A stretch of DNA of 64,000 nucleotides from Occultella glacieicola (GTDB lineage Bacteria > Actinomycetota > Actinomycetes > Actinomycetales > Beutenbergiaceae). Below, piece by piece: positions 1 to 10,515 of this stretch. The DNA is taken from NCBI RefSeq assembly GCF_004353825.1, contig NZ_SMNA01000002.1, positions 248,001 through 312,000 of the forward strand, in the 5' to 3' direction. The notes under the pieces are model-generated. The model was not told the origin of the DNA and made no database searches. It worked only from the letters and a program-made list of their open reading frames with translations. Position 1 is the stretch's first letter, and each line of letters begins with the position of its first letter. Both the position numbers and the translations under genes were made by a program.

Positions 1-517
1 CGTCCTCGGCAGTGTCGACACCGTCGCCGCCCAGGGTGCTCAACTCGTAGACGTCCTCGGCGTCGGAGTCGGTGCGGATCCCGAGCCGTTCGGCGAGGAC
101 GAGGCGCACGTCGGTGAGGGCCGCGGCCCAGTCCATGGCGCGCTCGCGCGGCACGTGGATCTTGGTGCCCGGGCGGCGGAGCTCGTCGAAGACCATCCGC
201 AACCGGGCGGTCTTCGCCGACCGCAGGTCCGCCTCGGTGAGCCGTCGGAACTCGTCGGCGACGCCGTCGTCCTCCGTGCTCGCCGACGGAAGCAGGCGCG
301 CGAGCGCCGGGTCGGCGGGCTCGCTCACCTCGTCCGTGGACCAGGTCATCGAGTGCCCGACGGCGGGACCGGCCTCGTCGTTCCGGCTCGCCTCGAGGCG
401 TCCGAGCGGGACGCCGAGCAGGTCGGAGGTGTCCGCGATGACGCGGGAGATGATCGTGCGCTCGTGCGCGTCGAGCTCGGCCACGAACTCACCGCGGCGC
501 ATCGAGAAGGCCCGCAT
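1..517 (-). CDS. DUF2017 family protein (3' end outside window)
   Basis: Manual translation from ATG 517: MRAFSMRRGEFVAELDAHERTIISRVIADT...; lies directly after clpS, the conserved actinobacterial clpS-DUF2017 pair; absent from the ORF track. Confidence 0.8.
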   Translation of the reverse strand, partial: MRAFSMRRGEFVAELDAHERTIISRVIADTSDLLGVPLGRLEASRNDEAGPAVGHSMTWSTDEVSEPADPALARLLPSASTEDDGVADEFRRLTEADLRSAKTARLRMVFDELRRPGTKIHVPRERAMDWAAALTDVRLVLAERLGIRTDSDAEDVYELSTLGGDGVDTAED

Positions 518-521
518 CGGC

Positions 522-830
522 TCAGTCACCGTCCTGGGCGAGCGTGGCCCACAGTCCGTAGGAGTGCATCGCCTGCACGTCGACCTCCATCTGCTCCCGG
601 GTGCCCGTCGAGACGGCGCTGCGGCCCTCGGTGTGCACCTGCAGCATCAGCCGGTTCGCCTTCTCTGCGGAGAATCCGAAGTAGGAGCGGAACACGTACG
701 CGACGTAGCTCATCAGGTTCACCGGGTCGTTCCAGACGATGGTCCGCCAGGGCCGGTCGGACGCGGGCCGGAGGGCCTCCTCGACGTCCGTCTCCGGAGC
801 GGCGAGCGGGATCTCGGTGGCGGCGACCAT
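522..830 (-). CDS. clpS: ATP-dependent Clp protease adaptor ClpS
   Basis: [16 protein letters not shown] and [12 protein letters not shown] motifs. Confidence 0.95.
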   Translation of the reverse strand: MVAATEIPLAAPETDVEEALRPASDRPWRTIVWNDPVNLMSYVAYVFRSYFGFSAEKANRLMLQVHTEGRSAVSTGTREQMEVDVQAMHSYGLWATLAQDGD

Positions 831-907
831 GCCTCCAAGCGTAGGCCCGTCCCGCCGTCGGCCGACCCCTCGCGCACGGCCCCATGCGCACCGTTACGGT
901 ATGACGC

Positions 908-2236
908 ATGTCTGGAGCCACCGCGGCGAGCACTGCGCTGCTGACCGACCGGTACGAGCTGACCATGGTGCAGGCCGCGCTGGCCGACGGCACCGCGTCC
1001 CGCGGATGTGTGTTCGAGCTCTTCACCCGGCGGTTGCCCGCGGGTCGGCGCTACGGCGTGGTCGCCGGTACCGGGCGGGTGCTCGAGGCGATCACGGCGT
1101 TCCGGTTCGGTGACGACGAGCTCGAGTACCTGCGCACGAACGACGTGGTCGACGCTCCGACCCTGGACTTCCTCGCCAACTACCGGTTCACCGGGGACAT
1201 CTACGGGTATGCGGAGGGCGAGGTGTTCTTCCCGGGCTCCCCGCTGCTCGTGGTCGAGTCCTCCTTCGCGGAGGGGGTCATCCTCGAGACCGTCGCGCTG
1301 TCCATCCTGAACTACGACTCGGCGGTCGCCTCCGCCGCGTCCCGGATGACCAGCGCCGCCGGGAACCGCCCCTGCCTGGAGATGGGTGGCCGGCGGGCCC
1401 ACGAATGGGCGGCCGTGGCCGCCGCCCGGGCCGCGATCGTGGCCGGGTTCACCGGCACCTCCAACCTCGAGGCGGGGCGTCGGTACGACCTGCCGACCAT
1501 CGGGACCGCCGCGCACTCGTTCACCCTGTTGCACGACGACGAGACCTCGGCGTTCGCGGCGCAGGTGGCCGCCTACGGTCCGGACACGACCCTGCTCGTG
1601 GACACCTACGACATCGCCGAGGGCGTGCGCCGGGCCGTCGAGGCGGCCGGCACCGGCCTGGACTCGGTGCGCCTGGACTCCGGTGACCTGGGTGTGGTGG
1701 CCCGGGAGGTACGCGAGCAACTGGACTCCCTCGGTGCCGCGGGTACCAAGATCGTGGTGTCCTCCGACCTGGACGAGTACGCCATCGCCTCCCTCGCGGT
1801 GGCGCCGGTGGACTCCTACGGCGTCGGCACCTCGGTGGTCACCGGCTCCGGCGCCCCCACGTGCGGCATGGTCTACAAGCTCGTGCTCCGCGAGGGCGCC
1901 ACCGGAGCGATGGAGCCCGTGGAGAAGGCGTCCAGTTCCAAGACCAGCGTCGGCGGCCGCAAGAGCGCGGCCCGCCGCCTGGATGCGGCCGGCCGGGCCA
2001 GCGAGGAGCTCGTCGTGGCCGGCGCCCAGCGCGACTGGGTCCCCGAGGAGGACGACCTGCGGCCACTGCACGTCCCACTGGTGCGCGACGGCGTCGTCGA
2101 GGTCGGGTACACCGGCGCCGAGGGTGTCCGGCGCGCCGCGGCCCGGCACGCCGCCTCCCGGGCGGAGCTGTCGCCGTCGGCCCGGCGGCTGTCCAACGGC
2201 GACCCGGCCGTGCCGACCACCCACGTCACGCGCTGA
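908..2236 (+). CDS. pncB: Nicotinate phosphoribosyltransferase
   Basis: ALLTDRYELTM, EMGGRRAH, GTAAHSF, LLVDTYD, VRLDSGD motifs. Confidence 0.95.
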   Translation: MSGATAASTALLTDRYELTMVQAALADGTASRGCVFELFTRRLPAGRRYGVVAGTGRVLEAITAFRFGDDELEYLRTNDVVDAPTLDFLANYRFTGDIYGYAEGEVFFPGSPLLVVESSFAEGVILETVALSILNYDSAVASAASRMTSAAGNRPCLEMGGRRAHEWAAVAAARAAIVAGFTGTSNLEAGRRYDLPTIGTAAHSFTLLHDDETSAFAAQVAAYGPDTTLLVDTYDIAEGVRRAVEAAGTGLDSVRLDSGDLGVVAREVREQLDSLGAAGTKIVVSSDLDEYAIASLAVAPVDSYGVGTSVVTGSGAPTCGMVYKLVLREGATGAMEPVEKASSSKTSVGGRKSAARRLDAAGRASEELVVAGAQRDWVPEEDDLRPLHVPLVRDGVVEVGYTGAEGVRRAAARHAASRAELSPSARRLSNGDPAVPTTHVTR

Positions 2237-2278
2237 GACGCCCTACCCGCTCGCCCCCCGCCGTCGGGCAGGATTCCG

Positions 2279-2319
2279 CCGAAGCAGAACCCCTCGCCCC
2301 GGAGCAGAACCCCTCGCCC
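2279..2319. repeat. Two 20-bp tandem repeats (CCG[A/G]AGCAGAACCCCTCGCC) in a convergent intergenic element
   Basis: GCAGAACCCCTCGCCC at 2284-2299 and 2304-2319. Confidence 0.75.
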
Positions 2320-2383
2320 GAACAAGGACCTCCTACCCTCCTGCCTCGGGCGGCGAGGACTGCCCACCCGTGGCCGGTGCCCG

Positions 2384-4243
2384 CTACTTCTGGCCGACGA
2401 ACCAGCGCCGCACCTGCGAGATCCGCGAGCGCAGGTGGTCCGCGGAGGCGGTGGCGACCTCTCCCCCGCCGCTGTGCTCGCGCAGCCGGGTGTGCACCAC
2501 ACCGTGCGGGGTGCCGCTACGCCGCGCCCAGGCCTTGACCAGCTGGTTCAACTCCTTGCGCAGCTCGGCCACGGCCCGGTGGTCGTCGACCGGTGGTGCC
2601 TGCGCGGCGGGGCTGCGCTTCTTGCGGGCGGCGACGTGCTCGGCCTGCCGGCTGCGCAGCAGGGTGGCGACCTGGTCGGCGTCGAGGAGGCCGGGGATGC
2701 CGAGGAAGTCCTGCTCCTCGTCCGAGCCGAGCTCCCCACCGGTGCCGAACTCGCCGCCGTCGAAGAGCACCTTGTCGAAGGAGGCCTGGGCCTCGAGGGC
2801 CTCGAAGCCGGGCAGCATCAGCTCGTCCGAGGCGGACTCGGACCGGTTCGCGGCCGCCACGAGGGCGTCCTCGGGGTTGTAGAAGTCGCCCTCCTCCTCG
2901 GCCGTCTTGGGCCGGTCCAAGGCGTGGTCGCGCTCGGCCTCGAGCTCGTTCGCCAGCCCGAGCAGGTTCGGCACCGACGGCAGGAAGATCGACGCGGTCT
3001 CCCCGCGCTTGCGGGCCCGCACGAACCGGCCGACGGCCTGGGCGAAGAACAGCGGGGTGGCCGTCGAGGTCGCGTACACCCCGACCGCCAGCCGCGGCAC
3101 GTCCACGCCCTCGGAGACCATCCGGACCGCGACCATCCAGCGCTGCTCACCGGCGCCGAAGTCCTCGATCCGCTTGGAGGCGCCCTCGTCGTCGGACAGC
3201 ACCACCACGGGTGCCTCGCCGGTGATCCGGCGCAGGTGCGCGGCATAGGCGCGTGCCCGGGTCTGGTCGGTGGCGATCACGAGGCCACCGGCGTCCGGGA
3301 CGCCGCGCCGCACCTCGGACAGGCGCTTGTCCGCGGCTGTGAGCACCGACGGGATCCACTCGCCCTTCTCATCCAGCGCGGTCCGCCAGGCCTGGTTGAC
3401 CATGTCCTTCGTGAGCGGTTCACCGAGCCGGGCGCTGACCTCGTCGCCGGCCTTCGTGCGCCAGCGCATCTGCCCGGAGTAGGACAGGAAGATGACCGGC
3501 CGCACCACGCCGTCGCGCAGGGCGTCGCCGTAGCCGTAGGAGTGGTCCGCCTGGGAGCGCCGGATGCCATGGGCGTCCGGGGTGTAGGTGATGAACGGGA
3601 TCTTCGCGGTGTCGGACCGGAACGGGGTCCCGGTCAGGGACAGTCGGCGGGTGGCCGGATCGAAGGCCTCCCGGATCGCGTCTCCCCAGGAGAGGGCGTC
3701 GCCGCCGTGGTGCACCTCGTCCAGGATCACCAGGGTGGGGGCCGCCTCGGTCCGGGCCCGGTGCAGGTTGGGGTTCGCCGCGACCTGCGCGTAGGTGAGC
3801 GCGACACCGTCGTAGGCCGCCCCGTGCCGGCCCTGCGCGTTCTTGAAGTTCGGGTCGATCCTGATGCCGACCCGACCGGCGGCGTCGGCCCACTGGCTCT
3901 TCAGGTGCTCCGTCGGCGCCACGACCGTGACCCGGCGCACCACGCGCTGCTCGAGCAGCTCGGTGGCCACCCGCAGCGCGAACGTGGTCTTGCCGGCGCC
4001 CGGCGTCGCGACCGCGAGGAAGTCCCGGGGCTGGCGCTCCAGGTAGGACTCCAGGGCGGCAGCCTGCCAGGCCCGTAGCCGGGAGGCGGTACCCCACGGC
4101 GCCCGCGCCGGGTAGGCCGGGGGCAGGTGTGACGCGGCCGCCGTCGACCCGGCAGCGTGGGCAGCGTGGTCCGGGCGCGCCGGGGCGCGTGAACCGGATG
4201 CTTCGGGGTGGGACGGGGAGCCGGTGGAGGTTCCTGAGGTCAC
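2384..4243 (-). CDS. DEAD/DEAH-box (SF2) helicase
   Basis: ATPGAGKT Walker A, DEVHH, TGTPFR, SEGVDVP, QAVGRFVR motifs. Confidence 0.92.
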   Translation of the reverse strand: MTSGTSTGSPSHPEASGSRAPARPDHAAHAAGSTAAASHLPPAYPARAPWGTASRLRAWQAAALESYLERQPRDFLAVATPGAGKTTFALRVATELLEQRVVRRVTVVAPTEHLKSQWADAAGRVGIRIDPNFKNAQGRHGAAYDGVALTYAQVAANPNLHRARTEAAPTLVILDEVHHGGDALSWGDAIREAFDPATRRLSLTGTPFRSDTAKIPFITYTPDAHGIRRSQADHSYGYGDALRDGVVRPVIFLSYSGQMRWRTKAGDEVSARLGEPLTKDMVNQAWRTALDEKGEWIPSVLTAADKRLSEVRRGVPDAGGLVIATDQTRARAYAAHLRRITGEAPVVVLSDDEGASKRIEDFGAGEQRWMVAVRMVSEGVDVPRLAVGVYATSTATPLFFAQAVGRFVRARKRGETASIFLPSVPNLLGLANELEAERDHALDRPKTAEEEGDFYNPEDALVAAANRSESASDELMLPGFEALEAQASFDKVLFDGGEFGTGGELGSDEEQDFLGIPGLLDADQVATLLRSRQAEHVAARKKRSPAAQAPPVDDHRAVAELRKELNQLVKAWARRSGTPHGVVHTRLREHSGGGEVATASADHLRSRISQVRRWFVGQK

Positions 4244-4602
4244 TTCTTGGAGCCGAAGCCGAAGAACCCGCGACCGCGGCCGCCGGACTCCGAGCCCGCG
4301 CCGTCCTTGCCGCCACCACCACCGCCGGTGAGGCCCTCGAAGATCTCCTTGCAGGCGGGGCAGATCGGAAATTTGCTGGGGTCGCGGTTCGGCGTCCAGA
4401 CCTTGCCGCAGAGTGCGATCACCGGGGCGCCGGACACGGCGGAGGCGGTGATCTTCTCCTTCTTGACGTAGTGCGCGTAGCGCTCGGCGTCACCGGGCGA
4501 GGCCTCCTCCCGCACCTCCGCCCGCTCCAGGACGTCGGTGCCGCTGCCCGATGAAAGGCGCTCGGTCTCCTGGGGCTGCGTGGGAGGAAGGGGCTCACTC
4601 AT
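4240..4602 (-). CDS. DUF3039 zinc-ribbon protein
   Basis: HYVKK...ALCGKVW...CPACKEI; start ATG 4602 follows -10 TACACT; stop overlaps the helicase GTG. Confidence 0.88.
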   Translation of the reverse strand: MSEPLPPTQPQETERLSSGSGTDVLERAEVREEASPGDAERYAHYVKKEKITASAVSGAPVIALCGKVWTPNRDPSKFPICPACKEIFEGLTGGGGGGKDGAGSESGGRGRGFFGFGSKK

Positions 4603-4689
4603 GGGACCAGTGTACGAAGTCCACGCCCGGGTTGCGTCCCGGGCGTGGACTTCGGTGCGGGTGGGATGCCACACACCGCCGAGCAGGTC

Positions 4690-5486
4690 TCAGCGGCGGC
4701 CCGCCTTGCGCCGGAACACCACCGCCGACCAGGTCACGGCGACGGCCAGGATCCCGACGCACCAGAGCACGGCGAGGAGCGTGGCGTTCCCGGAGTCCAC
4801 CCCGGTCAGCAACCCGCGGATCGACTCGATGACCGGCGTGATCGGCTGATGCTCGGAGACGCCCTGCAACCAGGCCGGCAACGTGTCCGTCGGCACGAAG
4901 GCGCTGGACAGGTACGGCAGGAACAACAGGATGAAGCCGTACCCGTTGGCCGCCTCGGGATTGCCGCTGGCCAGACCGATCGCAGCGAACAGGTAGGTGA
5001 TCGTCAGGATGTACAGCGCCACCAGGGCGATCGCGCCGACCCACTCCCCGAACGTGGCCGTGGGCCGGAACCCGATCGCGAGCGCCACCCCGATCACGAT
5101 GGCGGTGGCCGCGAGGTTGCGGGCCAGGCTCGCCACGACGTGCCCGGTGATCACCGCCGAACTGCGGATCGGCATGGTTCGCAGCCGGTCCATGATCCCC
5201 GTCGCGGAGTCGTTCGCCACGTCCACGCCGGTGGAGGAGGCCCCGAAACCGGCACAGAGCAGGATGATCCCGGGCACCACGTAGGTCACGTACTGCCCGT
5301 CCGGGGAGATGGCATTGCCGAACACGTAGACGAACAGCAGCATCAGCATCACCGGCAGCATCACCGCCATCAGGAGCGACTCGACGTTGCGCACGGTGTG
5401 CCGCATGCTGCGGGCGATGAAGGTCCGCTCCTCGGTGCCCAGGGGCAGCCGGGCCGGGGCCGACGGCGGCGCTGCGGTCAGGGTGG

Positions 5487-5490
<4 letters not shown>
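4690..5490 (-). CDS. ABC-2 type exporter permease (DrrB-like)
   Basis: Hydrophobic segments, GIMDRLRTMPI, LSSAFVPTDTLP motifs; start trimmed to MTTLTAA. Confidence 0.9.
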
Positions 5491-6467
<977 letters not shown>

Positions 6468-6486
6468 GCGCTCCACTCCCATCGAA

Positions 6487-6559
6487 ACTGTCTATCCCGC
6501 ACACTGTGTGCGGCACACACTGTATATGCCACACGCAGTCTTGTATAGGGCATACACAG
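6487..6559. promoter_or_regulatory. Array of TetR operator-like sites between the divergent exporter and tetR
   Basis: ACTGT-initiated units at 6487, 6503, 6519 and TTGTATAGGGCATACACAG at 6541. Confidence 0.7.
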
Positions 6560-6597
6560 AAGTGGACGGGACCGGCCGACTCGGCCAGGATGTCCGG

Positions 6598-7599
6598 ATG
6601 GAGAACGCGGACGAACCGATCGAGGTGGAACTCCCCCGGGGCATCGCCCTTGCCTGGGGCGTCGCGGCGAACCCGCAGCGCGGACCCAAGCGCGAGATGA
6701 GCATCGAGCGGATCGTCGAGGCCGCAGTGGAGATCGCCGACGCGGACGGCCTCGGCGCCGTCTCGATGTCTGCCGTCGCCACCCGGCTCGGTTTCACGAC
6801 GATGTCGCTGTACCGGTACGTCTCAGCGAAGGACGACCTGATCCTGCTTATGCAGGAACACGGCATCGGCCTACCTCCGCTGAGCGTGCAGGAGGCCGAG
6901 ACCTGGCAGGACGGCCTGATGGCGTTCTACCGGGCGAACGTCGAGATCTATCGGGCCCATCCGTGGATCCTCGACATCCCGATCGAGGGGACGCCGAACA
7001 CACCGAACAACCTCGCCTGGCTCGAGGCCGGGCTCGTCGTGATGCAGGGCATGCCGTTGACCGCCGCAGAGCAGATCGCCGTCATCCTGCTGTTCACCGG
7101 GCATGCCCGGTGGTCCGCCGGCGTGTCACGGGGCTACAGCCAGTCCGCATCCGACCATGGTCAGAGCCCGGATGAGCTGGAGCAGGCCGAGGAACGGCTG
7201 ATCGCGAGCCTGGTCACCGAGGATATGTTCCCGGCGCTGTCGGCAGCGGTCGAGGCCGGCGCGCTCAGCGACCCGACCAACCCGTTCGAGTTCGGAGTAC
7301 AGCGCATCCTCGAGGGAGTCGAGCACCACGTCGCCGCGCTGACGGCCGGCGCCACGCCCGCGCCCGCACCCGAGTGGGCGGACACGGCACATACGGACGC
7401 ACACCCGAAGGACCCCGGGGTCCGGCAGGCACGGGCCGCCCGGCGGGAAGCGGAGGGAAAGCTGCGCGAAGCCCTCCGCAAGGAGCGCGAGGCCGTCACC
7501 AAGGCCGAGGAGCGGGCTGCGAAGGCCGCGGACAAGGCACAGGCGCAGGCCGCCAAAGAACGCGACCGTCAGGAGAAAGCGGCCGCGCGCAAGGTCTGA
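6598..7599 (+). CDS. TetR/AcrR family regulator with Lys/Ala-rich C-terminal extension
   Basis: HTH IVEAAVEIADADGLGAVSMSAVATRLGFTTMSLYRYV; start trimmed to MENADEP. Confidence 0.92.
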   Translation: MENADEPIEVELPRGIALAWGVAANPQRGPKREMSIERIVEAAVEIADADGLGAVSMSAVATRLGFTTMSLYRYVSAKDDLILLMQEHGIGLPPLSVQEAETWQDGLMAFYRANVEIYRAHPWILDIPIEGTPNTPNNLAWLEAGLVVMQGMPLTAAEQIAVILLFTGHARWSAGVSRGYSQSASDHGQSPDELEQAEERLIASLVTEDMFPALSAAVEAGALSDPTNPFEFGVQRILEGVEHHVAALTAGATPAPAPEWADTAHTDAHPKDPGVRQARAARREAEGKLREALRKEREAVTKAEERAAKAADKAQAQAAKERDRQEKAAARKV

Positions 7600-7604
7600 G
7601 CATG

Positions 7605-7639
7605 CGAAAGGGCGCGGGGATCGTCCCCGCGCCCTTTCG
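7605..7639. terminator. Bidirectional intrinsic terminator
   Basis: CGAAAGGGCGCGGGGA-TCG-TCCCCGCGCCCTTTCG perfect hairpin between convergent tetR and hup. Confidence 0.9.
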
Positions 7640-7675
7640 TCTGCGACGCCGACCGGGGTCAGACGCCGCGGTGGG

Positions 7676-7957
7676 TCACTTGGCGACGGCCTTCTTCAGG
7701 GCCGAGCCGGCGGACACCTTGACGCCGAAGCCGGCCGGGATCTGGATCTCCTCGCCGGTACGGGGGTTGCGGCCGGTGCGCGCGGCGCGCTCGACACGCT
7801 CGACGCTGAGCAGGCCGGTCACCTTGACGGCCTCGCCCTTGCCCAGCGACTCGATCAGAACTTCCTGAAGTGCGCTCAGCGCGGCGTCGGACTGCGTCTT
7901 GGTCAGCGAGGCCTTCTCGGCGATCGCGGCAACGAGGTCAGTGCGGTTGACGGACAC
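7676..7957 (-). CDS. hup: HU family DNA-binding protein
   Basis: RAARTGRNPRTGEEIQIPA signature. Confidence 0.95.
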   Translation of the reverse strand: MSVNRTDLVAAIAEKASLTKTQSDAALSALQEVLIESLGKGEAVKVTGLLSVERVERAARTGRNPRTGEEIQIPAGFGVKVSAGSALKKAVAK

Positions 7958-8169
7958 GTAGGTTCCCTCTCATCGTGCGGAATCGCGTCCCGAATGGGAT
8001 GCGCCGGGTCCGACACTACGACTCCGAGGCCCGGATCCGCGCATTTCAAGGCCTGTTTTCGGCGTGTTTCCGCCATCCTGGCCCCAATTCACCCCATCCG
8101 ACGTGAACTTTCGTCAGATTAGTCCCACTCGCCACATCTGCCCCGCGCCAGCGTGGCAGGGTTACCGGC

Positions 8170-9327
8170 ATGAGCCTGCTCACCGATGACCTGCTGGACC
8201 GCATCCGTTCCCGCGCCGCGGACTACGATCGCGAGAACGCGTTCTTCACCGAGGACCTCGAGGACCTGGTGGCCGCCGGGTACCTCACCGCGCTGGTTCC
8301 CACGGAGTTCGGCGGCGCCGGGCTGACCCTCGCCGAACTCACCCGCGAGCAGATGCGCCTGGCCGGTGCGGCGCCGTCGACCGCCCTGGCCGTCAACATG
8401 CACCACGTCTGGGTGGGCGTCGCCAAGACCGTCCACGACCGCGGCGACAGTTCCCTCGACTTCGTCCTCACCGAGGCCGCCGCCGGGGAGATCTTCGCCT
8501 TCGGGATCTCCGAGCGCGGCAACGATCTGGTCCTGTTCGGTTCCACGACCGAGGCCCGGCCCGACGGCGCGGGTGCTTACACCTTTCACGGCACCAAGAT
8601 CTTCACCTCGCTCTCGCCGGGCTGGACCCGGTTGGGCACGTTCGGCACCGACTCGGTCTCGGCGGACGCGCCCCGGTCGGTGTACGGGTTCATCACCCGC
8701 GACGGCGGCGGCGTCCAGATCAAGGACGACTGGGACACACTCGGGATGCGCGCCTCACAGTCCTGCACCACGGTGCTCGACGGGGCACCGGCAACGGCGG
8801 ACCGGATCGCCCGGCGCCTGGCCCCCGGTCCGAACGCGGATCCGTTCATCTTCGGCATCTTCGCCAACTTCGAGATCCTGCTCGCCTCCGTCTACACCGG
8901 AATCGCCCAGCGCGCCCTGGATGTCGCCATCGAGACGGTGCACAAGCGCCGGTCCCTGAAGAACGACAACGCCCCGTACGCCCACGACCCGGACATCCGG
9001 TGGCGGATCGCCGACGCCGCGATCGCCCTGGACGGCATCGGACCACAGATCGCCACCCTCGCCTCCGATGTCGACAACCTCGTCGACCACGGTGCGATGT
9101 GGTTCCCGCGCCTGTCCGCGGTCAAGGTCCGCGCCACCGAGACCGCGAAGGACGTCGTCGAGAAGGCGATCCGGGTCTCCGGCGGCGGCTCGTACTTCAA
9201 CCGCAGCGAGTTGTCCCGGCTGTACCGGGACGTGCTGGCCGGGCTGTTCCACCCGAGCGACGACGAGTCGGCCCACAGCACGATGGCCAGTGCCCTGCTC
9301 GGACCAGTGCCGCCGGCGGCGCACTGA
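8170..9327 (+). CDS. Acyl-CoA dehydrogenase family / flavin monooxygenase (SfnB/DszC-like)
   Basis: GTKIFTSLS, WDTLGMRASQS, SRLYRDV motifs. Confidence 0.85.
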   Translation: MSLLTDDLLDRIRSRAADYDRENAFFTEDLEDLVAAGYLTALVPTEFGGAGLTLAELTREQMRLAGAAPSTALAVNMHHVWVGVAKTVHDRGDSSLDFVLTEAAAGEIFAFGISERGNDLVLFGSTTEARPDGAGAYTFHGTKIFTSLSPGWTRLGTFGTDSVSADAPRSVYGFITRDGGGVQIKDDWDTLGMRASQSCTTVLDGAPATADRIARRLAPGPNADPFIFGIFANFEILLASVYTGIAQRALDVAIETVHKRRSLKNDNAPYAHDPDIRWRIADAAIALDGIGPQIATLASDVDNLVDHGAMWFPRLSAVKVRATETAKDVVEKAIRVSGGGSYFNRSELSRLYRDVLAGLFHPSDDESAHSTMASALLGPVPPAAH

Positions 9328-9421
9328 CGCGGACGGGCGGGCCCGCGACGGTCAGACCCGCCCGGACCCGCCCTCCTCGCCCTGCCCGGCCCTCGCCGTC
9401 GGGCCCTCGACCCGGCGACGG

Positions 9422-9970
9422 TCACCAGCGGTGCGCGACGTCCACGACCAGCCGGCTCAGGTCGCCGGGCCCGTCGAGGATGAACACGCGGAACGGCAGC
9501 CGGGCGCGCACACCGAGGCCGATCGTGGTCTGACCCTCGAAGCTCCCCGCGTAGGCGACCTGCCGGAACGTCGGGTAGCCGCCCACGTTGACGAGGTCCG
9601 ACTCCGAACGGGCGAGCGGGAACCGCTCGTGGCCGAAGTCGTCGTAGGCGGGCACGCGCAGGACGATCTGGAGGTCGGCGCCGCCCCGCAGCGGCACCAC
9701 CCGTCCCTCGCCGTCGGTGTACACCGTGCCGTAACGGACGTCGTAGCCCTCGATGTCGCCGTGCACGTCGAAGACGATCCGGTCGAAGCAGGCGTGCCGG
9801 CCGGTCCTGACGTTCGTGAGCCAGGAGTGGCTGGACATCGTCGCGTCGGACTCGGGTAACGAGCCCCATCGGATCCCGCAGTACGGGGCGGCGGTCGCGG
9901 CAGTCCCGGCCGGGACCAGGAGGACCGCCCCGAGGACCAGGCTGAGCAGAACTGTGATCAGGCGCTTCAT
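9422..9970 (-). CDS. Secreted AMIN-like domain protein
   Basis: Signal peptide; VRTGRHACFDRIVFD, AGSFEGQTTIGLGV, RLVVDVAH. Confidence 0.75.
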   Translation of the reverse strand: MKRLITVLLSLVLGAVLLVPAGTAATAAPYCGIRWGSLPESDATMSSHSWLTNVRTGRHACFDRIVFDVHGDIEGYDVRYGTVYTDGEGRVVPLRGGADLQIVLRVPAYDDFGHERFPLARSESDLVNVGGYPTFRQVAYAGSFEGQTTIGLGVRARLPFRVFILDGPGDLSRLVVDVAHRW

Positions 9971-10332
9971 GACTCTCCCCTTCGCTGTGTTCCCCCGATC
10001 GAGTTGGACCTGCGATCCGCACGCTACGCGCGGCCGGCAGCGGCCGGGAGGGGCTCGGCCATCACGGATGCATCACGGCCGGAACGTTGGGGTGCACGGC
10101 CGCATCCCGCTCGCGTGAGAGCGCGATCTCGACACGGTGCCAGAAACCGGTCACCCGTCCGCATGGCGAGACGCCGGGCGGACAGGGCGGGGTGGCGCCA
10201 GCGGGCCGGCACTACCCGGCCGGACCGCCTTTTCCCTGAAATTACACGGAATGCGCAGCCATGCAATGGCTCGGGAACGGCCCGGGCCACCTGGCGCAGG
10301 CCGTGACCTACCCGTGACCTTTCCTACGAAGG

Positions 10333-10372
10333 TTGACCCCCTTCGTCGGAACGTGCTAGAAACCGCTTTCAG
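10333..10372 (+). promoter_or_regulatory. Sigma-A-like promoter overlapped by a LacI-family operator
   Basis: TTGACC 10333-10338, TGC-TAGAAA -10, palindrome GAAACCGCTTTC 10359-10370. Confidence 0.7.
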
Positions 10373-10515
10373 GAGATGACTCTCCGGAGCGCAACCTGTC
10401 ACCGTCGATGGAGGTCACGCATCACCAAGACCGGCCGGCCCTCCGCCGACCGGAGCCCGACCAGCACCATCGGTCCCGCCAAGCGATCCAGATCACGTCT
10501 GCAAAGGAGCATGCG

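Noticed and set aside
9971..10330. Long intergenic region with short repeats (CATCACGG x2, CCGTGACCT x2)
   Set aside because: No convincing ORF or RNA structure; 8-9 bp repeats are weak evidence at this GC content
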